Below are positions 40,745 to 51,056 of a DNA stretch of 64,000 nt, one piece after another. This DNA is from Deinococcota bacterium (GTDB taxonomy: Bacteria; Deinococcota; Deinococci; Deinococcales; Thermaceae). The notes under the pieces are model-generated. The model was not told the origin of the DNA and did not search any database. It worked only from the letters and a program-made list of their open reading frames with translations. The translations under genes were made by a program, and so were the position numbers. Where the stretch lies: positions 1 to 64,000 of the forward strand of contig JBGFRI010000011.1 of the NCBI GenBank assembly GCA_041695225.1, written 5' to 3'. Each line of letters begins with the position of its first letter. Position 1 is the first letter of the stretch.

Positions 40745-42120
40745 AACGTTTGATGAGCCTCCTGGTTTTTCTGGGGCTGGCAGTAGCAGCCCAGCCCTAT
40801 ACGATTGAGGTCAACCCCAGCACAATCTCCGTCGCTCCCGGACAGAGCGCAACGACCTCTTTGACGGTTCTGCCTCGAGACCAGTTTACCGGGACTCTGA
40901 ATATATCCGCCACAAACTTGCCTGGCGGGGTCAGTATAAGTCCAAATAGCATTACGGTCAGTCGCGCCGGAGAGAATGCTACTGTCGATCTGGTTCTTAC
41001 CGCTCCGGCAGGAGCTCCCACCGGCTCTGGGGTGGTACGGCTAACGGTTGGAAGCAGGGTTCACTTCCTGTCGGTTATAGTGGACCCCCGCGCTAACCCT
41101 CCCAGCCAGGCACCTAATCAGTTGCAACAGATCTGGCAGGGGATACAACAGTGGGGCTCGACAGCCTGCACTACCATCAACGCCTTCAGCCTTGAGGGGG
41201 TGCGGTGGATATGCACTATCTACCGTACTCTGAGCCGGGCAGTAGGCATGTGGGATACCGTCCAGAGCGACTTTGAGATGCTCAAGCGGGAAGGTTTCAT
41301 TACCGGGGTCTCCTACCTGGTCAATGGCCTGGCGGGTGAGGCAGGTCTGGCTGAGGTTAACGTTACGGCTGATCAGCTCGAGCGTGATTTCCTGGATTTA
41401 CGTCGCAACTACCGCGCTACGGTATCCCGGATCAATAACTGGCTGCAACGCCAGCGGGATCGCCAGATGAATGCCCTGATCAATAATCCCTATCCCAGCG
41501 GCAGTCCCTCATGGTGGGCGGTAGAGGCGATCAGCCTCAACCCGAACCTCTTGCAGATGGAGCTGTTCCGGCAGGAACAGCAAGTAAGTCTGGGACGGGA
41601 ACTAGGCAAAGTACAGACCACGGTAGGAGCAGCCCAGGCCCCGATTGAGAGGATGGCTGAGGAAGCCAATATGGCTGATGTGGAAAAAGCCCTGGCTGTG
41701 ACCAACCCGGGCATCATACCTGGCCAGGAAGGGGAGGCAGAACGGGTGAGCCGCCGGGCGCAGGAGGCGCAGTCTACCCGCGAGGTGATGCAGGTTCTGG
41801 TAGATGCACAGGCCAGCATAATGCGCCAGAACCTTGCAAACAGTCAGGATATTGTGAACTCGATACGGGAGACTGCTGTGCAGCAGACCTTCACTACCCA
41901 GCAGATTGGCAACCTGGTCAGTCTCAAGATCAGGGAGCGTCAAGCGAAAGCTGACTCCTGGAGAGGCGAGCTGGAAGGAGTGATGGCCCGGGCTGCTCAG
42001 GAGACGGAGGCCCAGCTGCAAAACCTGCGGCTTGTGGCGGCTATGAGCCGGAGTGTGGCCTGTCCAGATGGGGTGCTGGGACCGAACGCATACGGGTATA
42101 TCACCTGTATCCGGCCATAG
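40741..42120 (+). CDS. Secreted protein: Ig-like N-domain plus VirB5/TrbJ-like helical domain
   Basis: Signal peptide; Thr/Ser-rich beta-sandwich; Gln-rich helices; AQSTREVMQ. Confidence 0.5.
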   Translation: MKRLMSLLVFLGLAVAAQPYTIEVNPSTISVAPGQSATTSLTVLPRDQFTGTLNISATNLPGGVSISPNSITVSRAGENATVDLVLTAPAGAPTGSGVVRLTVGSRVHFLSVIVDPRANPPSQAPNQLQQIWQGIQQWGSTACTTINAFSLEGVRWICTIYRTLSRAVGMWDTVQSDFEMLKREGFITGVSYLVNGLAGEAGLAEVNVTADQLERDFLDLRRNYRATVSRINNWLQRQRDRQMNALINNPYPSGSPSWWAVEAISLNPNLLQMELFRQEQQVSLGRELGKVQTTVGAAQAPIERMAEEANMADVEKALAVTNPGIIPGQEGEAERVSRRAQEAQSTREVMQVLVDAQASIMRQNLANSQDIVNSIRETAVQQTFTTQQIGNLVSLKIRERQAKADSWRGELEGVMARAAQETEAQLQNLRLVAAMSRSVACPDGVLGPNAYGYITCIRP

Positions 42121-42130
42121 GAGATAGAAG

Positions 42131-43588
42131 ATGCGCTGGATCCTGTTTCTGATGGTGGTTATGGCCGGCTTCGCTCTGGCGCTTGATCCGGTTACTCCAC
42201 CTGCGACCGGGACAGCGCAGCAGCAGGGGCTGTTCAGCACCTTCTTCAATCTCAACGAGTGGCTCAGGCGGATGGCAGCCGACTTCGACCGGCTGGAGGC
42301 AGGCGCCCTGTGGTTGGGGCTGGCCCTGGTTCTGGTGGGATTTCTCTATGGCATCCTTCAGGGCGTTGTAAGCGGGGGTCTGGAGGCTATCAAAGGTACG
42401 TTTGTCCGGCTTGCCGTAGTTGCGCTCCTGCTTCACCTGGGAACGCTAGGGTTTATCGGCAATACCGTGACCGGGGCTATGGATGCAGCCCGCACCTGGA
42501 GCACCGACCGGGCTGCGGGAGCGCTCAGTGAGGCAGCTAATAACCTGGATACTCTGGCGATGCGGATGCTGCCCTTCATGGGGGCATTAACCGCAATCAG
42601 GGGCTTCAGTGCAAAAACAGCAGATAAAGCCATACAAACCAGCGCCCGGACTGCTAATGCGGTCAATGTGCTGGGTACAGGCGCGAGCAAGGCCCTGAGC
42701 TATATCAACTGGGCCATGCTGCTTATCATTCCCATGCTGCTGTTTTTCTTTGTAATTCTGGTGGTGGCCTCCTTTACGATAGCGGTGGGGCTGGCGCTGT
42801 ATCCGTTGATAGTGGCACTACTGATCTTTCCCAGGGGTGCCGCAGCGGACTGGTTTGGCAAATGGGTAGCAGCTATCGTAGGGGCTCTTTTGATAGTCAT
42901 TCTGCTGCCGCTGGGATTTAGTGCTGCTGTGGACCTGGGTATTAACCGGCCAGTCTACACGGTCAATGACCACGTAGACCAGGCCCTTGACCAGATCAGG
43001 ACTTTCCAGCAAGAGCACCGGGCAAACATTCAACAGATGGTAGACAACAACGTGATCTGTGAGGGCGCAGGGATAGGTCATGGCCTGTGCGTCAATCTGG
43101 TTGCCGGGTTCCACAACGCAAAAGCTCAGCTTGGGGCTGTGCTGCAACAAGTAGGCCTGGCAGTACAGATGTGGCTGCTGGGCATTGTCCTGATGCTGGC
43201 GGGTATGGCAGCGGCAGCCTATGTGCTATTCAGCATCGAGAGGGTTGTCATGTCATTCGTTGGCGGGTTTGTAGCCACTGGGGTCCGCAACATGATGGGA
43301 GCGGCAGGTGGAGGCCGCCTGGTCCCTGGTGGTCAGGCCAGTACAGTTACCCCTGCTACAGCACCGCCTGGAATGCCGCCCGCTGGTCCCCTGGCTACCA
43401 TCCCAAGCAATGGCCCTCAAGGGGGAAGTGCTCAACCTGTTTACCCCAGACCGGTGGCTTATGACATCCAGCCGGCCTATGGGGGCAGGGGTGGCGACAT
43501 CATTGAAGGGAAGTACCGGCAGATTAGCGGGCGCGAGCTTGGACCCGGGGAATCGCGGGGCCTGCCGCCTCCCAGGAGTGAGAGGTAG
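42131..43588 (+). CDS. VirB6/TrbL-like polytopic membrane protein
   Basis: Many TM helices, Gly/Pro-rich tail, position in cluster. Confidence 0.7.
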   Translation: MRWILFLMVVMAGFALALDPVTPPATGTAQQQGLFSTFFNLNEWLRRMAADFDRLEAGALWLGLALVLVGFLYGILQGVVSGGLEAIKGTFVRLAVVALLLHLGTLGFIGNTVTGAMDAARTWSTDRAAGALSEAANNLDTLAMRMLPFMGALTAIRGFSAKTADKAIQTSARTANAVNVLGTGASKALSYINWAMLLIIPMLLFFFVILVVASFTIAVGLALYPLIVALLIFPRGAAADWFGKWVAAIVGALLIVILLPLGFSAAVDLGINRPVYTVNDHVDQALDQIRTFQQEHRANIQQMVDNNVICEGAGIGHGLCVNLVAGFHNAKAQLGAVLQQVGLAVQMWLLGIVLMLAGMAAAAYVLFSIERVVMSFVGGFVATGVRNMMGAAGGGRLVPGGQASTVTPATAPPGMPPAGPLATIPSNGPQGGSAQPVYPRPVAYDIQPAYGGRGGDIIEGKYRQISGRELGPGESRGLPPPRSER

Positions 43589-43590
43589 AT

Positions 43591-43815
43591 ATGGTGTTCT
43601 CTGACCTGATTGATGGTAAAGACCTTGTTGGACGCTGGTTCACTTACAGGAACCAGGCCTGTACGGTTCGAGCTATTGGTGTTGTACAGGAAACCAAAGG
43701 CCGGGCTGGATCCGAGGCAGGCATGTGGTCCCTCGAGGTTGAAGGCCGGGTTGTTAGCAAAGTCTATGGGAGTCTGGATGCGGCGACTCGCAAACTCATG
43801 GAGGTCGCAGGGTGA
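43591..43815 (+). CDS. Small hypothetical protein
   Basis: GAGG RBS; GTGA overlap with next gene. Confidence 0.55.
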   Translation: MVFSDLIDGKDLVGRWFTYRNQACTVRAIGVVQETKGRAGSEAGMWSLEVEGRVVSKVYGSLDAATRKLMEVAG

Positions 43816-46130
43816 GCGCTCACAGGCAGTCCATGCTCGAGACCCCAACATCCCACAAGGTGGGCCGGTTGCTGGGTTTCATTGTGCTGCTGGGGACGCT
43901 GGCGGCGGTGAGCTGGATTGTCTGGCAGGCTTCGATACAGGTTGCCGAGCGGATGCTGGCATTTGGCTGGGGACCGGCCTTTCAGGCGGGCGATCCGGTG
44001 GGGATGATTTTTCGCTGCAATATGGATCTCACCGGGCCCTGTCCCCAGATTTTTAGCCAGATGTGGCAGCAGCAGCTACCGCTGGATATGTTGCGAATAG
44101 TGCTGGCAGGCGGGTTCGTACTCGGGATACTGCCCTTTCTGATCCGGTCTCACCGGCCTCGCAAACTGCCTGGACAGGGACGGTGGGCAACGGCGAAAGA
44201 CCTGGTTGGCTTCCTCGGACAGAAAGGTACAGGCTGGTACGGCCTGTTTGAAGGTAAACCGCTCCGGGTTCCAGCTATGGAAAGGCGAACCGGAACGCTG
44301 ATAGTGGGCAAGCCCGGCGGGGGTAAAACCACCGGCTACTACCAGCCCAACCTGATGCTGGATGCCAGGGATGGCTGGAGCGCCATCGTTTTTGACCTCA
44401 AGTGGCCCGACGAGGGGGGGCTGATGGAAGCGGTAAACTCCTATCGCTACTTTGGACGGCCAGTATACAGTTACACGCCCTTCGTGGAGGACTCAGCCCG
44501 GATTCCACTCCTGGAGGGCGCTGAAAACTCCCAGGAAGCCTCGAATATTGCGGATATTATCGTACCCAGGAGAACGGACGGCGGAGCTGAGTTCTACCAT
44601 AGCTTAGAGAGGATGCTACTGACCGGCCTGGTCTGGATCGAGGGCCAGGAGGGACGTTACTCTTTACAGCACGTCCTGGCAATTCTTCGCCAGGGAAAGG
44701 GTGAGCTAAAGGCCTACGCAGAGGTGCGGCCCCAGCTGAGGGACCACATCGGGGCGGTACTGGAGGCTCGTGAGGACATTATCGCCGGGGTGGTCGCAGG
44801 GCTGGCCGGCAGACTCTCCCTTTTCGAGAACCAGTACCTCGAAGCGGCCAGCAGAACCGGGGCTGGCCAGGTGCCGTGGGACAGATTTTTTGCAACACCC
44901 AGTCTGCTTTATATCGGGATTCCCCAGGAGCATCTGGAAGGCGGTAAAGCCACTGCTTTGCTATGGCTGGTCAAGCGCATTATGGACCGGGAGATTCACC
45001 GGGCAGCAGCCCGCAACAGGGGCTCTCTGCCTACCCTGACCTCGCTCTACCTCGATGAGTTCACGGCTTTCGGCAGACTTCCCGGCATCGAAGACAACCT
45101 GAAAACCATGCGCTCGAAGGGTGTGGCTTACCACATCAGCCTGCAAAACCTGGCTAACGGACGCTCAGTCTACGGACGGGACGCCTGGGACAGCATCCAG
45201 GGAACGTTCGGCCAGCAGGTCTGGTTGTTCGAGCGTCTCTCCGAGGATGACCGCAAGACACTCTCACGCACCCTGGGCTACCAGACCGTGGTGGGCTATT
45301 CACGGAGTTCTTCCAGGAGCAGTTTCTTTTCGGGTAGCGAGGGAGAAGGCGAGCGGGAGGAGACTCGCTACCTGATGAGCGCTGAGGAGATGCGCGAGAC
45401 AAAACGGGGCGAGGCGGTGATATTCCTGGACGGCAAGCCCCCGGTGCGGACCTACCTGGGCGGCCTGTGGGAACCCAGGCACCCTCTGCACCACCTGTAT
45501 ACAAAGATCAGAGGCAAGGCTGGTAATACACCAGCTCCTCTCGCCGTTACCAAAGCGGGTCTGACGGGAGTCACTGATGTGAGCGTTCCCAGTCCTTCCT
45601 TCGAGGACACGATAGAGTCTGATCAGGCAGTAGTTTATCGGGAGCCTGAGGTCTCTCTGACGACTGATGCAGCAAGCCCTCAGCCTGAGGTTGCTCCCAG
45701 GGCGGTCAGTAAGCCATCCAGTCTGGAAAACTACATCCGTCGTCTGGCTTCTACGATGCCAGCTTTTCAGCGTTACTATCACAAAAAAACTACTACCGGG
45801 GTCCGCTTTGTTCTGCCGTCAGGCTTTCCTCGCCCTGAAACTGCCTGGGTACGGCAGGGCTGGGTAGAGATGCGAGGCAAAGATGAAATTTCGGTCAATC
45901 TCACCAGTAAGGGCCTGGAGGCTCTGGATAGAAACTTAGCCGTAGCCCTGGTGCGCTGGTGCCGGGTGCGGGAATGGGCCAGGCCGCACGGTCAGGAACG
46001 GGAGCCGGTGGTCTATATGACTGAGGAAGAGGCCGAGACGGTACTCCGGGAGTTTTCTAAGTCGCTGCCCCGGGAAGAAGGACGGGTGCGGGTGGGGGTT
46101 TTACTGGAGGTGCTGGGCGATGGTAGTTAA
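43812..46130 (+). CDS. VirD4/TraG type IV coupling protein
   Basis: Two N-terminal TMs, GRWAT, GKPGGGKT, FDLK, LYLDEF..FG.LP, MRSKG, LQ. Confidence 0.92.
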   Translation: MSAHRQSMLETPTSHKVGRLLGFIVLLGTLAAVSWIVWQASIQVAERMLAFGWGPAFQAGDPVGMIFRCNMDLTGPCPQIFSQMWQQQLPLDMLRIVLAGGFVLGILPFLIRSHRPRKLPGQGRWATAKDLVGFLGQKGTGWYGLFEGKPLRVPAMERRTGTLIVGKPGGGKTTGYYQPNLMLDARDGWSAIVFDLKWPDEGGLMEAVNSYRYFGRPVYSYTPFVEDSARIPLLEGAENSQEASNIADIIVPRRTDGGAEFYHSLERMLLTGLVWIEGQEGRYSLQHVLAILRQGKGELKAYAEVRPQLRDHIGAVLEAREDIIAGVVAGLAGRLSLFENQYLEAASRTGAGQVPWDRFFATPSLLYIGIPQEHLEGGKATALLWLVKRIMDREIHRAAARNRGSLPTLTSLYLDEFTAFGRLPGIEDNLKTMRSKGVAYHISLQNLANGRSVYGRDAWDSIQGTFGQQVWLFERLSEDDRKTLSRTLGYQTVVGYSRSSSRSSFFSGSEGEGEREETRYLMSAEEMRETKRGEAVIFLDGKPPVRTYLGGLWEPRHPLHHLYTKIRGKAGNTPAPLAVTKAGLTGVTDVSVPSPSFEDTIESDQAVVYREPEVSLTTDAASPQPEVAPRAVSKPSSLENYIRRLASTMPAFQRYYHKKTTTGVRFVLPSGFPRPETAWVRQGWVEMRGKDEISVNLTSKGLEALDRNLAVALVRWCRVREWARPHGQEREPVVYMTEEEAETVLREFSKSLPREEGRVRVGVLLEVLGDGS

Positions 46131-46644
46131 AACACTCCGTATAGCGTTACTCAGCATCCTGCTCTCCTTTGGGTTTGCTCAGAGTAGTTCCCCAGAGACT
46201 CAGGAACACCTTCTTTCAGATGCTGAGCTTACCCGGCTTGTGGCCGGGGCGCGTAGCGAGGTGCTGATCGAGGTCAGCCTGTTTGATCAGAGGCCTCTGG
46301 CCGAGGGCTTACGTGTAGCTACTGCTGAGCGTGGGGCGAAAGGGCACATCTTAGTGGCGGCGGCTACAGCCGAGGCCGGGCCCTCCTATCTACCCTGGGC
46401 GTCAATTCTACCCAACACCAGCACCCGGTTACTGGCACATACCCGGAGCGGCTACGTGGTGATAGATCGTCGGATTGCCATTCTCATCACTGAACGTATG
46501 GGCCTTCCGGTCTGGCGGGTAGAAGAAAACCCGGCCAGGGTCGCCGCCCTGGTGCGGCAGTTCGTGGAAGCGTTCCAGATCGCCAGGCCCTACAGCATCC
46601 AGGGGATGGTTCAGCGCCGGTTGAGGGAAGAGTTCTGGAGATAG
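46120..46644 (+). CDS. Secreted PLD-fold-like protein lacking canonical HKD
   Basis: LV.GARSEV.I....F....LAE.L..A.ERG; HTRSGYVVIDRR. Confidence 0.6.
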   Translation: MVVKTLRIALLSILLSFGFAQSSSPETQEHLLSDAELTRLVAGARSEVLIEVSLFDQRPLAEGLRVATAERGAKGHILVAAATAEAGPSYLPWASILPNTSTRLLAHTRSGYVVIDRRIAILITERMGLPVWRVEENPARVAALVRQFVEAFQIARPYSIQGMVQRRLREEFWR

Positions 46645-46646
46645 TT

Positions 46647-46961
46647 ATGCGGCAGAAATGGAAACACATCGTGGGGTGGGCTGGGGTGGTAGTAGGGCTA
46701 TCGGGCGTAATACCCGGTATCTTTCTGCTGCGCGGCCCCATGATCGAGTTTGGTCTGGTGCTGGTCTTACTGGGGGTGCTGATCCTGGTAGGCCTGGAAA
46801 CAGTCGAGGAGTTGCGGCAGGTGCGTCGAAGCCTGGCGCGGCTGGTCATTCAGGGCGAGAAGGGGCAGCCGCAGACGGAACCGGTTGGTGTAAAGTCCGC
46901 AGAGTCAGTTACGGATACCTTAGAAGCGCCTTTACCGGAGAGTGCCCTGATCCGCAGGTAG
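46647..46961 (+). CDS. Small 2-TM membrane protein
   Basis: Two hydrophobic segments, in operon. Confidence 0.55.
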   Translation: MRQKWKHIVGWAGVVVGLSGVIPGIFLLRGPMIEFGLVLVLLGVLILVGLETVEELRQVRRSLARLVIQGEKGQPQTEPVGVKSAESVTDTLEAPLPESALIRR

Positions 46962-46970
46962 TGAGGCAGA

Positions 46971-47438
46971 ATGGTCCGGTTATTAGCTCTGGTTGTCCTG
47001 CTGCTGGCCGGTAAGGGCTTTACCTGCGGGCGGATTCCTTCCGACCTGGCGGGGTGGGCTGCTTACTACGCACGGGGGTTTGGCCTTGATCCCAATCTGA
47101 TTATTGCGGTGGTCTGGGTTGAAAGCCGGTTCTGTACTCAAGCAGTATCTCCCAGAGGGGCTGTTGGGCTGGGACAGATCATGCCAACCACCGGGCAGGG
47201 AATGGGTATTGCCCCACATAAGCTCACAGACCCGCGCTGGAACCTCTGGGGTACAGCCAGGTATCTACGTCAGCAATGGGAGACCTTTCAGAACTGGGAG
47301 CTGGCCCTGGCCGCCTATAACGCAGGGGCCGGCGCAGTGCGCCGGTTTGGGGGTATTCCTCCTTTTCCTGAGACCCAGAACTATGTGAGGAAGGTGTTGT
47401 GGACATGGCGGTGGCTAACGCAGAACAGAAAACACTAG
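46971..47438 (+). CDS. Lytic transglycosylase (SLT, VirB1-like)
   Basis: [32 protein letters not shown]. Confidence 0.95.
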   Translation: MVRLLALVVLLLAGKGFTCGRIPSDLAGWAAYYARGFGLDPNLIIAVVWVESRFCTQAVSPRGAVGLGQIMPTTGQGMGIAPHKLTDPRWNLWGTARYLRQQWETFQNWELALAAYNAGAGAVRRFGGIPPFPETQNYVRKVLWTWRWLTQNRKH

Positions 47439-48367
47439 TCTGGGTACACAAGCGCTTTCCTGAGGAGTTTGCCCGGCTCATGGAGCGGCTGCCACCCTGG
47501 ATCAGGGTGGACGTAGAAGGCTATTACGAGACCCTTGACGAGATCGTGCTTGACCTGGGAAAGCCGCTGATCTATACCGCTGGGGATCAGGTTTACAACA
47601 TGGACGGGCGGGAGGTTACCAAAGACGACCTCTCGTATCTGACCCACCGGGTTGGAGGTTTCAAAGAGAATAACCGGGCCGGTCTGGAAGGGACTCTACA
47701 CCGCATAAGTCGGATTCAGGACGCACACGGAGAGATTGTAGGCATTACCATCCGGGTAGGACGCTTCATGATGGGGGTAGCTGAACCCCTGCGGAGCTGG
47801 CTGGAAAGAAGCGGTTCCTTACTGGTGGTAGGACCCCCAAGAACAGGCAAGACTACCCTGCTGCGGGACATTGTGCGAATCCTGGCTGAGCGCTACGGGC
47901 CACGGGTAGCAGTGGTGGATACCAGCAACGAGATCGGAGGAGACGGCAAACTGGTCCACCCGGGTATTTCCCCTGCCCGACGCTTACAGGTTCCTGATCC
48001 ACCCTCAAAAAACCAGGGCCCGATTATTTACCAGGCCATTGCTAACCACTCTCCAGAGGTAGTGGTGGCAGACGAGATTGGTTACGCAGACGATGTGTTT
48101 CAGTGCCTGACCGCCTCCCGGCGGGGGGTAAGGGTAGTGGCCACCGCACACGGGGAGACTATCCTTGACCTGCTGGAAAACCCCGTGCTGCTACCCATAC
48201 TGGGCGACCCGGTAGAGGGAAGACGCAGGAGCCGGCCTTCCTTTGCTATGTGTCTCGAAGTCCACGGACGGGGCAGGTTTGTGCTGCACCCGGATTTCAA
48301 GGAGGCGCTGGATACTCTTTTGTCAGGCGGTGAGCCGGATGGTTTACGGCTGGGGGGGTGGGGTTGA
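47399..48367 (+). CDS. SpoIIIAA/Ycf45-like AAA ATPase
   Basis: [49 protein letters not shown]. Confidence 0.85.
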   Translation: MDMAVANAEQKTLVWVHKRFPEEFARLMERLPPWIRVDVEGYYETLDEIVLDLGKPLIYTAGDQVYNMDGREVTKDDLSYLTHRVGGFKENNRAGLEGTLHRISRIQDAHGEIVGITIRVGRFMMGVAEPLRSWLERSGSLLVVGPPRTGKTTLLRDIVRILAERYGPRVAVVDTSNEIGGDGKLVHPGISPARRLQVPDPPSKNQGPIIYQAIANHSPEVVVADEIGYADDVFQCLTASRRGVRVVATAHGETILDLLENPVLLPILGDPVEGRRRSRPSFAMCLEVHGRGRFVLHPDFKEALDTLLSGGEPDGLRLGGWG

Positions 48368-50010
48368 TGCAGCTTAAATGGGTGATCTGGATCGTGACAG
48401 TTCTGGTTCTGACCGGTATAGCACTTACCCAGAGCCAGAATCCGGGCTATCCCGAGAGAGTACGCTATATTGTATCGGCCCCGGACTACCGGCTGGATCG
48501 GCTGCATCTGCTCAGATGGCCTTACATTGAGGTCTTGCGGGTAGACCGCTGGCAGGAACATCAGCAGGCCAGGGCGCAGGGCCAGGGTCCAGTAGCTCAC
48601 GAGTGGCGGCTCCCAATGAGCGATCTGCTGACCAGCCAGGAGGTGGCGCGTGACGTGCGGCTCGCCTGGCAGCGCTTTGAGGAACGGTACTACTGGCATG
48701 TAATCACCAGACTCAATAACCCGGCCCTGTATGTAATCTTTTGCTGGGCTGGGCTACAGGGACCAGACCTGAACCCTCCCCTGCCCGAGGCACGGGTTGA
48801 CGTATCCTCAGGAATCGTTCCCCAAGGGTTTAACCCCAACCTGGGCTGGCCGCTCCCTGCCGCCCAGGGCCAGCACATGCTGGACGCCTACTGGCCTATA
48901 CCTCAGATCAGGAATGAGGACTTCTGCGATAATCTCAGCCTACAAATACTGCCACTGATGCACATTCCTGGCTTCTGCATCGATATACCTGCTATCGGTT
49001 TCTCCTGGTGTACTCCAGGGTATGACGAGGGCATCCCGCTGTGGTTCAATGATGTTGAGGCGCAGAACCGGGTATCGGACGGAATTGCTCATGCGGTAAG
49101 CCACTACTACCCGGATTACAAGATAGATGTGCTCAACGCGCTGCGGCCTCGAGTGCCCACCGATTTGTCTGACCCCACACGGCTCCGAGTATTCGCTCCT
49201 ATGCCCTGGCAGGCGCATGTGCTCGAGGGAGGTGCGGTCGTTACCCCGGTCATGCGGACGCTGGATGGCCTGGCCCCTCAGCACTTTGTGAACGATGTTC
49301 AGCAGATATTTTCTATCCTGAACCAGGGTATTGCCGCGCTGCCAGAAGCCGAACGTGTTGCGGGAGCAGCTTACTACTACCAGGCTGTGCGGAGTCTGGC
49401 CCGGTTATCGTTCTTGCAGCCAGTAACCAGCCAGTTGCGCGGTCTGATTGGGGGAATGGACGAGCAGGTGATGGAACAGGCCCTGCGGGCCATGACCACT
49501 ACTGATCAGGCCAGCAAGCTGGCTGGCCAGGATCTGCACATCTACGCCAGAAACGCACCGGGGGCCTGGCGTCTGGAAGAGCTAAAGCGCTGGTTACCAC
49601 CCTCTAACCCTTTTATCTACGAGCATTTCGGGTATGTGAGCTTCTTCCAGGTCTTCAACCGGCTTGAGGTGACAACCGTGCCAGACTTTCGGGCTGACCG
49701 GAATCCCCTGGGAGTCGCGGCCTCGCTGGGAATGCGGGCGCTTTTCTACTGGTGGGTGCCAGTACGTATCCAGGTTCATCTGACGCCGACCCCGCCTTAC
49801 ATCACTCTGACGGGCAGCCTCGACCTGCCCAGGCCCATCCCTGTACCTCCTTATGTGCTTCCCTTTGCTGGCGAGCGCACCTTCTGGGGCTGGGTCAGCG
49901 TACCAGAAGGCTACGAGATTCCCAGGGTTAGAGGCACACCAGGGCTGGGGATAAGCGGAGTGAGCATCCCGGGGTTTGGGCCGGAGATATACAACATTCT
50001 TTTGAGGTGA
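48358..50010 (+). CDS. Secreted Pro/Trp-rich hypothetical protein
   Basis: Signal-like N-terminus, four Cys, 550 aa. Confidence 0.65.
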   Translation: MGLMQLKWVIWIVTVLVLTGIALTQSQNPGYPERVRYIVSAPDYRLDRLHLLRWPYIEVLRVDRWQEHQQARAQGQGPVAHEWRLPMSDLLTSQEVARDVRLAWQRFEERYYWHVITRLNNPALYVIFCWAGLQGPDLNPPLPEARVDVSSGIVPQGFNPNLGWPLPAAQGQHMLDAYWPIPQIRNEDFCDNLSLQILPLMHIPGFCIDIPAIGFSWCTPGYDEGIPLWFNDVEAQNRVSDGIAHAVSHYYPDYKIDVLNALRPRVPTDLSDPTRLRVFAPMPWQAHVLEGGAVVTPVMRTLDGLAPQHFVNDVQQIFSILNQGIAALPEAERVAGAAYYYQAVRSLARLSFLQPVTSQLRGLIGGMDEQVMEQALRAMTTTDQASKLAGQDLHIYARNAPGAWRLEELKRWLPPSNPFIYEHFGYVSFFQVFNRLEVTTVPDFRADRNPLGVAASLGMRALFYWWVPVRIQVHLTPTPPYITLTGSLDLPRPIPVPPYVLPFAGERTFWGWVSVPEGYEIPRVRGTPGLGISGVSIPGFGPEIYNILLR

Positions 50011-50058
50011 GGTATGGGCTGGATGATGAAGTGGCCGGGAGTTGGGGGTGATTAACCG

Positions 50059-50649
50059 ATGCGCTGGATTTATACACTGATACTGAGCATCTTCCTCGGA
50101 GGAGGAAGTCTGGCGGTAAGCGCACAGGATCTCAAAACAGCCTATGACGTGCTGAGAAATGGACTTTGTGCCTTGCGTATTACCTGCCTGCTGCCGGCGG
50201 ACATGCTCTACCCGGTGGACTGGCAAGGGGATGTGGAGAGCAGGCTGGGTAGCTCCAGGGAGGTGGTAATCATCGGAGATGTGCAGTCATTAGAGCCGGT
50301 GATCCATTTTCTTGACGCCTGGCTCAGGACAACTGACCCCGACCGGAGGCAGAACCGGCCCCAGATTTTCGCAGTCGTGCCGCAGGAGCAGTTAGTCTGG
50401 TTCCAGGGGTGGACGCAGAACCCGGAGATCGCTAACTTTGCCACGGTGGTAGCCAGCAGCAACGAGCGAGAGCCATTGGGTGTGGTTGGGCGCACCGGGC
50501 TACCCCTGGTAATTCTCGATAACCAGGTGGTCTATATGCCTGCCTGGTGGCAGCTTGACGGGCCGGTAATGCGGCAGGTGCTGACCTGGGGAAGGGTGCT
50601 GGTGAATCAGGTCCGGCAGGCTAACCAGCGGCGGGAGGAGGTCAGGTGA
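50059..50649 (+). CDS. Secreted hypothetical protein (possible degenerate PLD fold)
   Basis: Signal peptide; SSREVVII and LVILDNQVV segments. Confidence 0.55.
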   Translation: MRWIYTLILSIFLGGGSLAVSAQDLKTAYDVLRNGLCALRITCLLPADMLYPVDWQGDVESRLGSSREVVIIGDVQSLEPVIHFLDAWLRTTDPDRRQNRPQIFAVVPQEQLVWFQGWTQNPEIANFATVVASSNEREPLGVVGRTGLPLVILDNQVVYMPAWWQLDGPVMRQVLTWGRVLVNQVRQANQRREEVR

Positions 50650-51056
50650 AAGTCCTGGCCGCTCTACTTCTTCTGGGGCTGGGGTTGGCGCAACAGCAGC
50701 AGCCGCAGCAGATTCTCTTTCAGACTGCGAATCTTGCCCAGGCCGTGGACTGGGTTAGCAGCGTCCGGGCGCAGGACGCCCTGGTCATTGGAAATCTGCC
50801 TGACCCTGCTTTTGCCCGGGCCCTGCCTGGCCGTACTCGTGTTCTGGTGAGCCACTCTCTACCTACCTGGGTACGGACCGGAATGGAGGTGCGACACCTT
50901 CGGGGGCTGCGAGCCCAAGGGATGGTGCTCATTGACCGACGCTTTTTTGTTGTGCGGGACAGACGGGGATTATGGACAGTCATCGCCAGTCCCGAGATAG
51001 GGGCCAAGGTAGGACACTACCTTGAACAGCTCTGGCAGATGGGGGGGAGGTTATGA
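50646..51056 (+). CDS. Secreted hypothetical protein (possible degenerate PLD fold)
   Basis: Signal peptide; GMVLIDRRF resembles GYVVIDRRI of the 46120 ORF. Confidence 0.55.
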   Translation: MKVLAALLLLGLGLAQQQQPQQILFQTANLAQAVDWVSSVRAQDALVIGNLPDPAFARALPGRTRVLVSHSLPTWVRTGMEVRHLRGLRAQGMVLIDRRFFVVRDRRGLWTVIASPEIGAKVGHYLEQLWQMGGRL

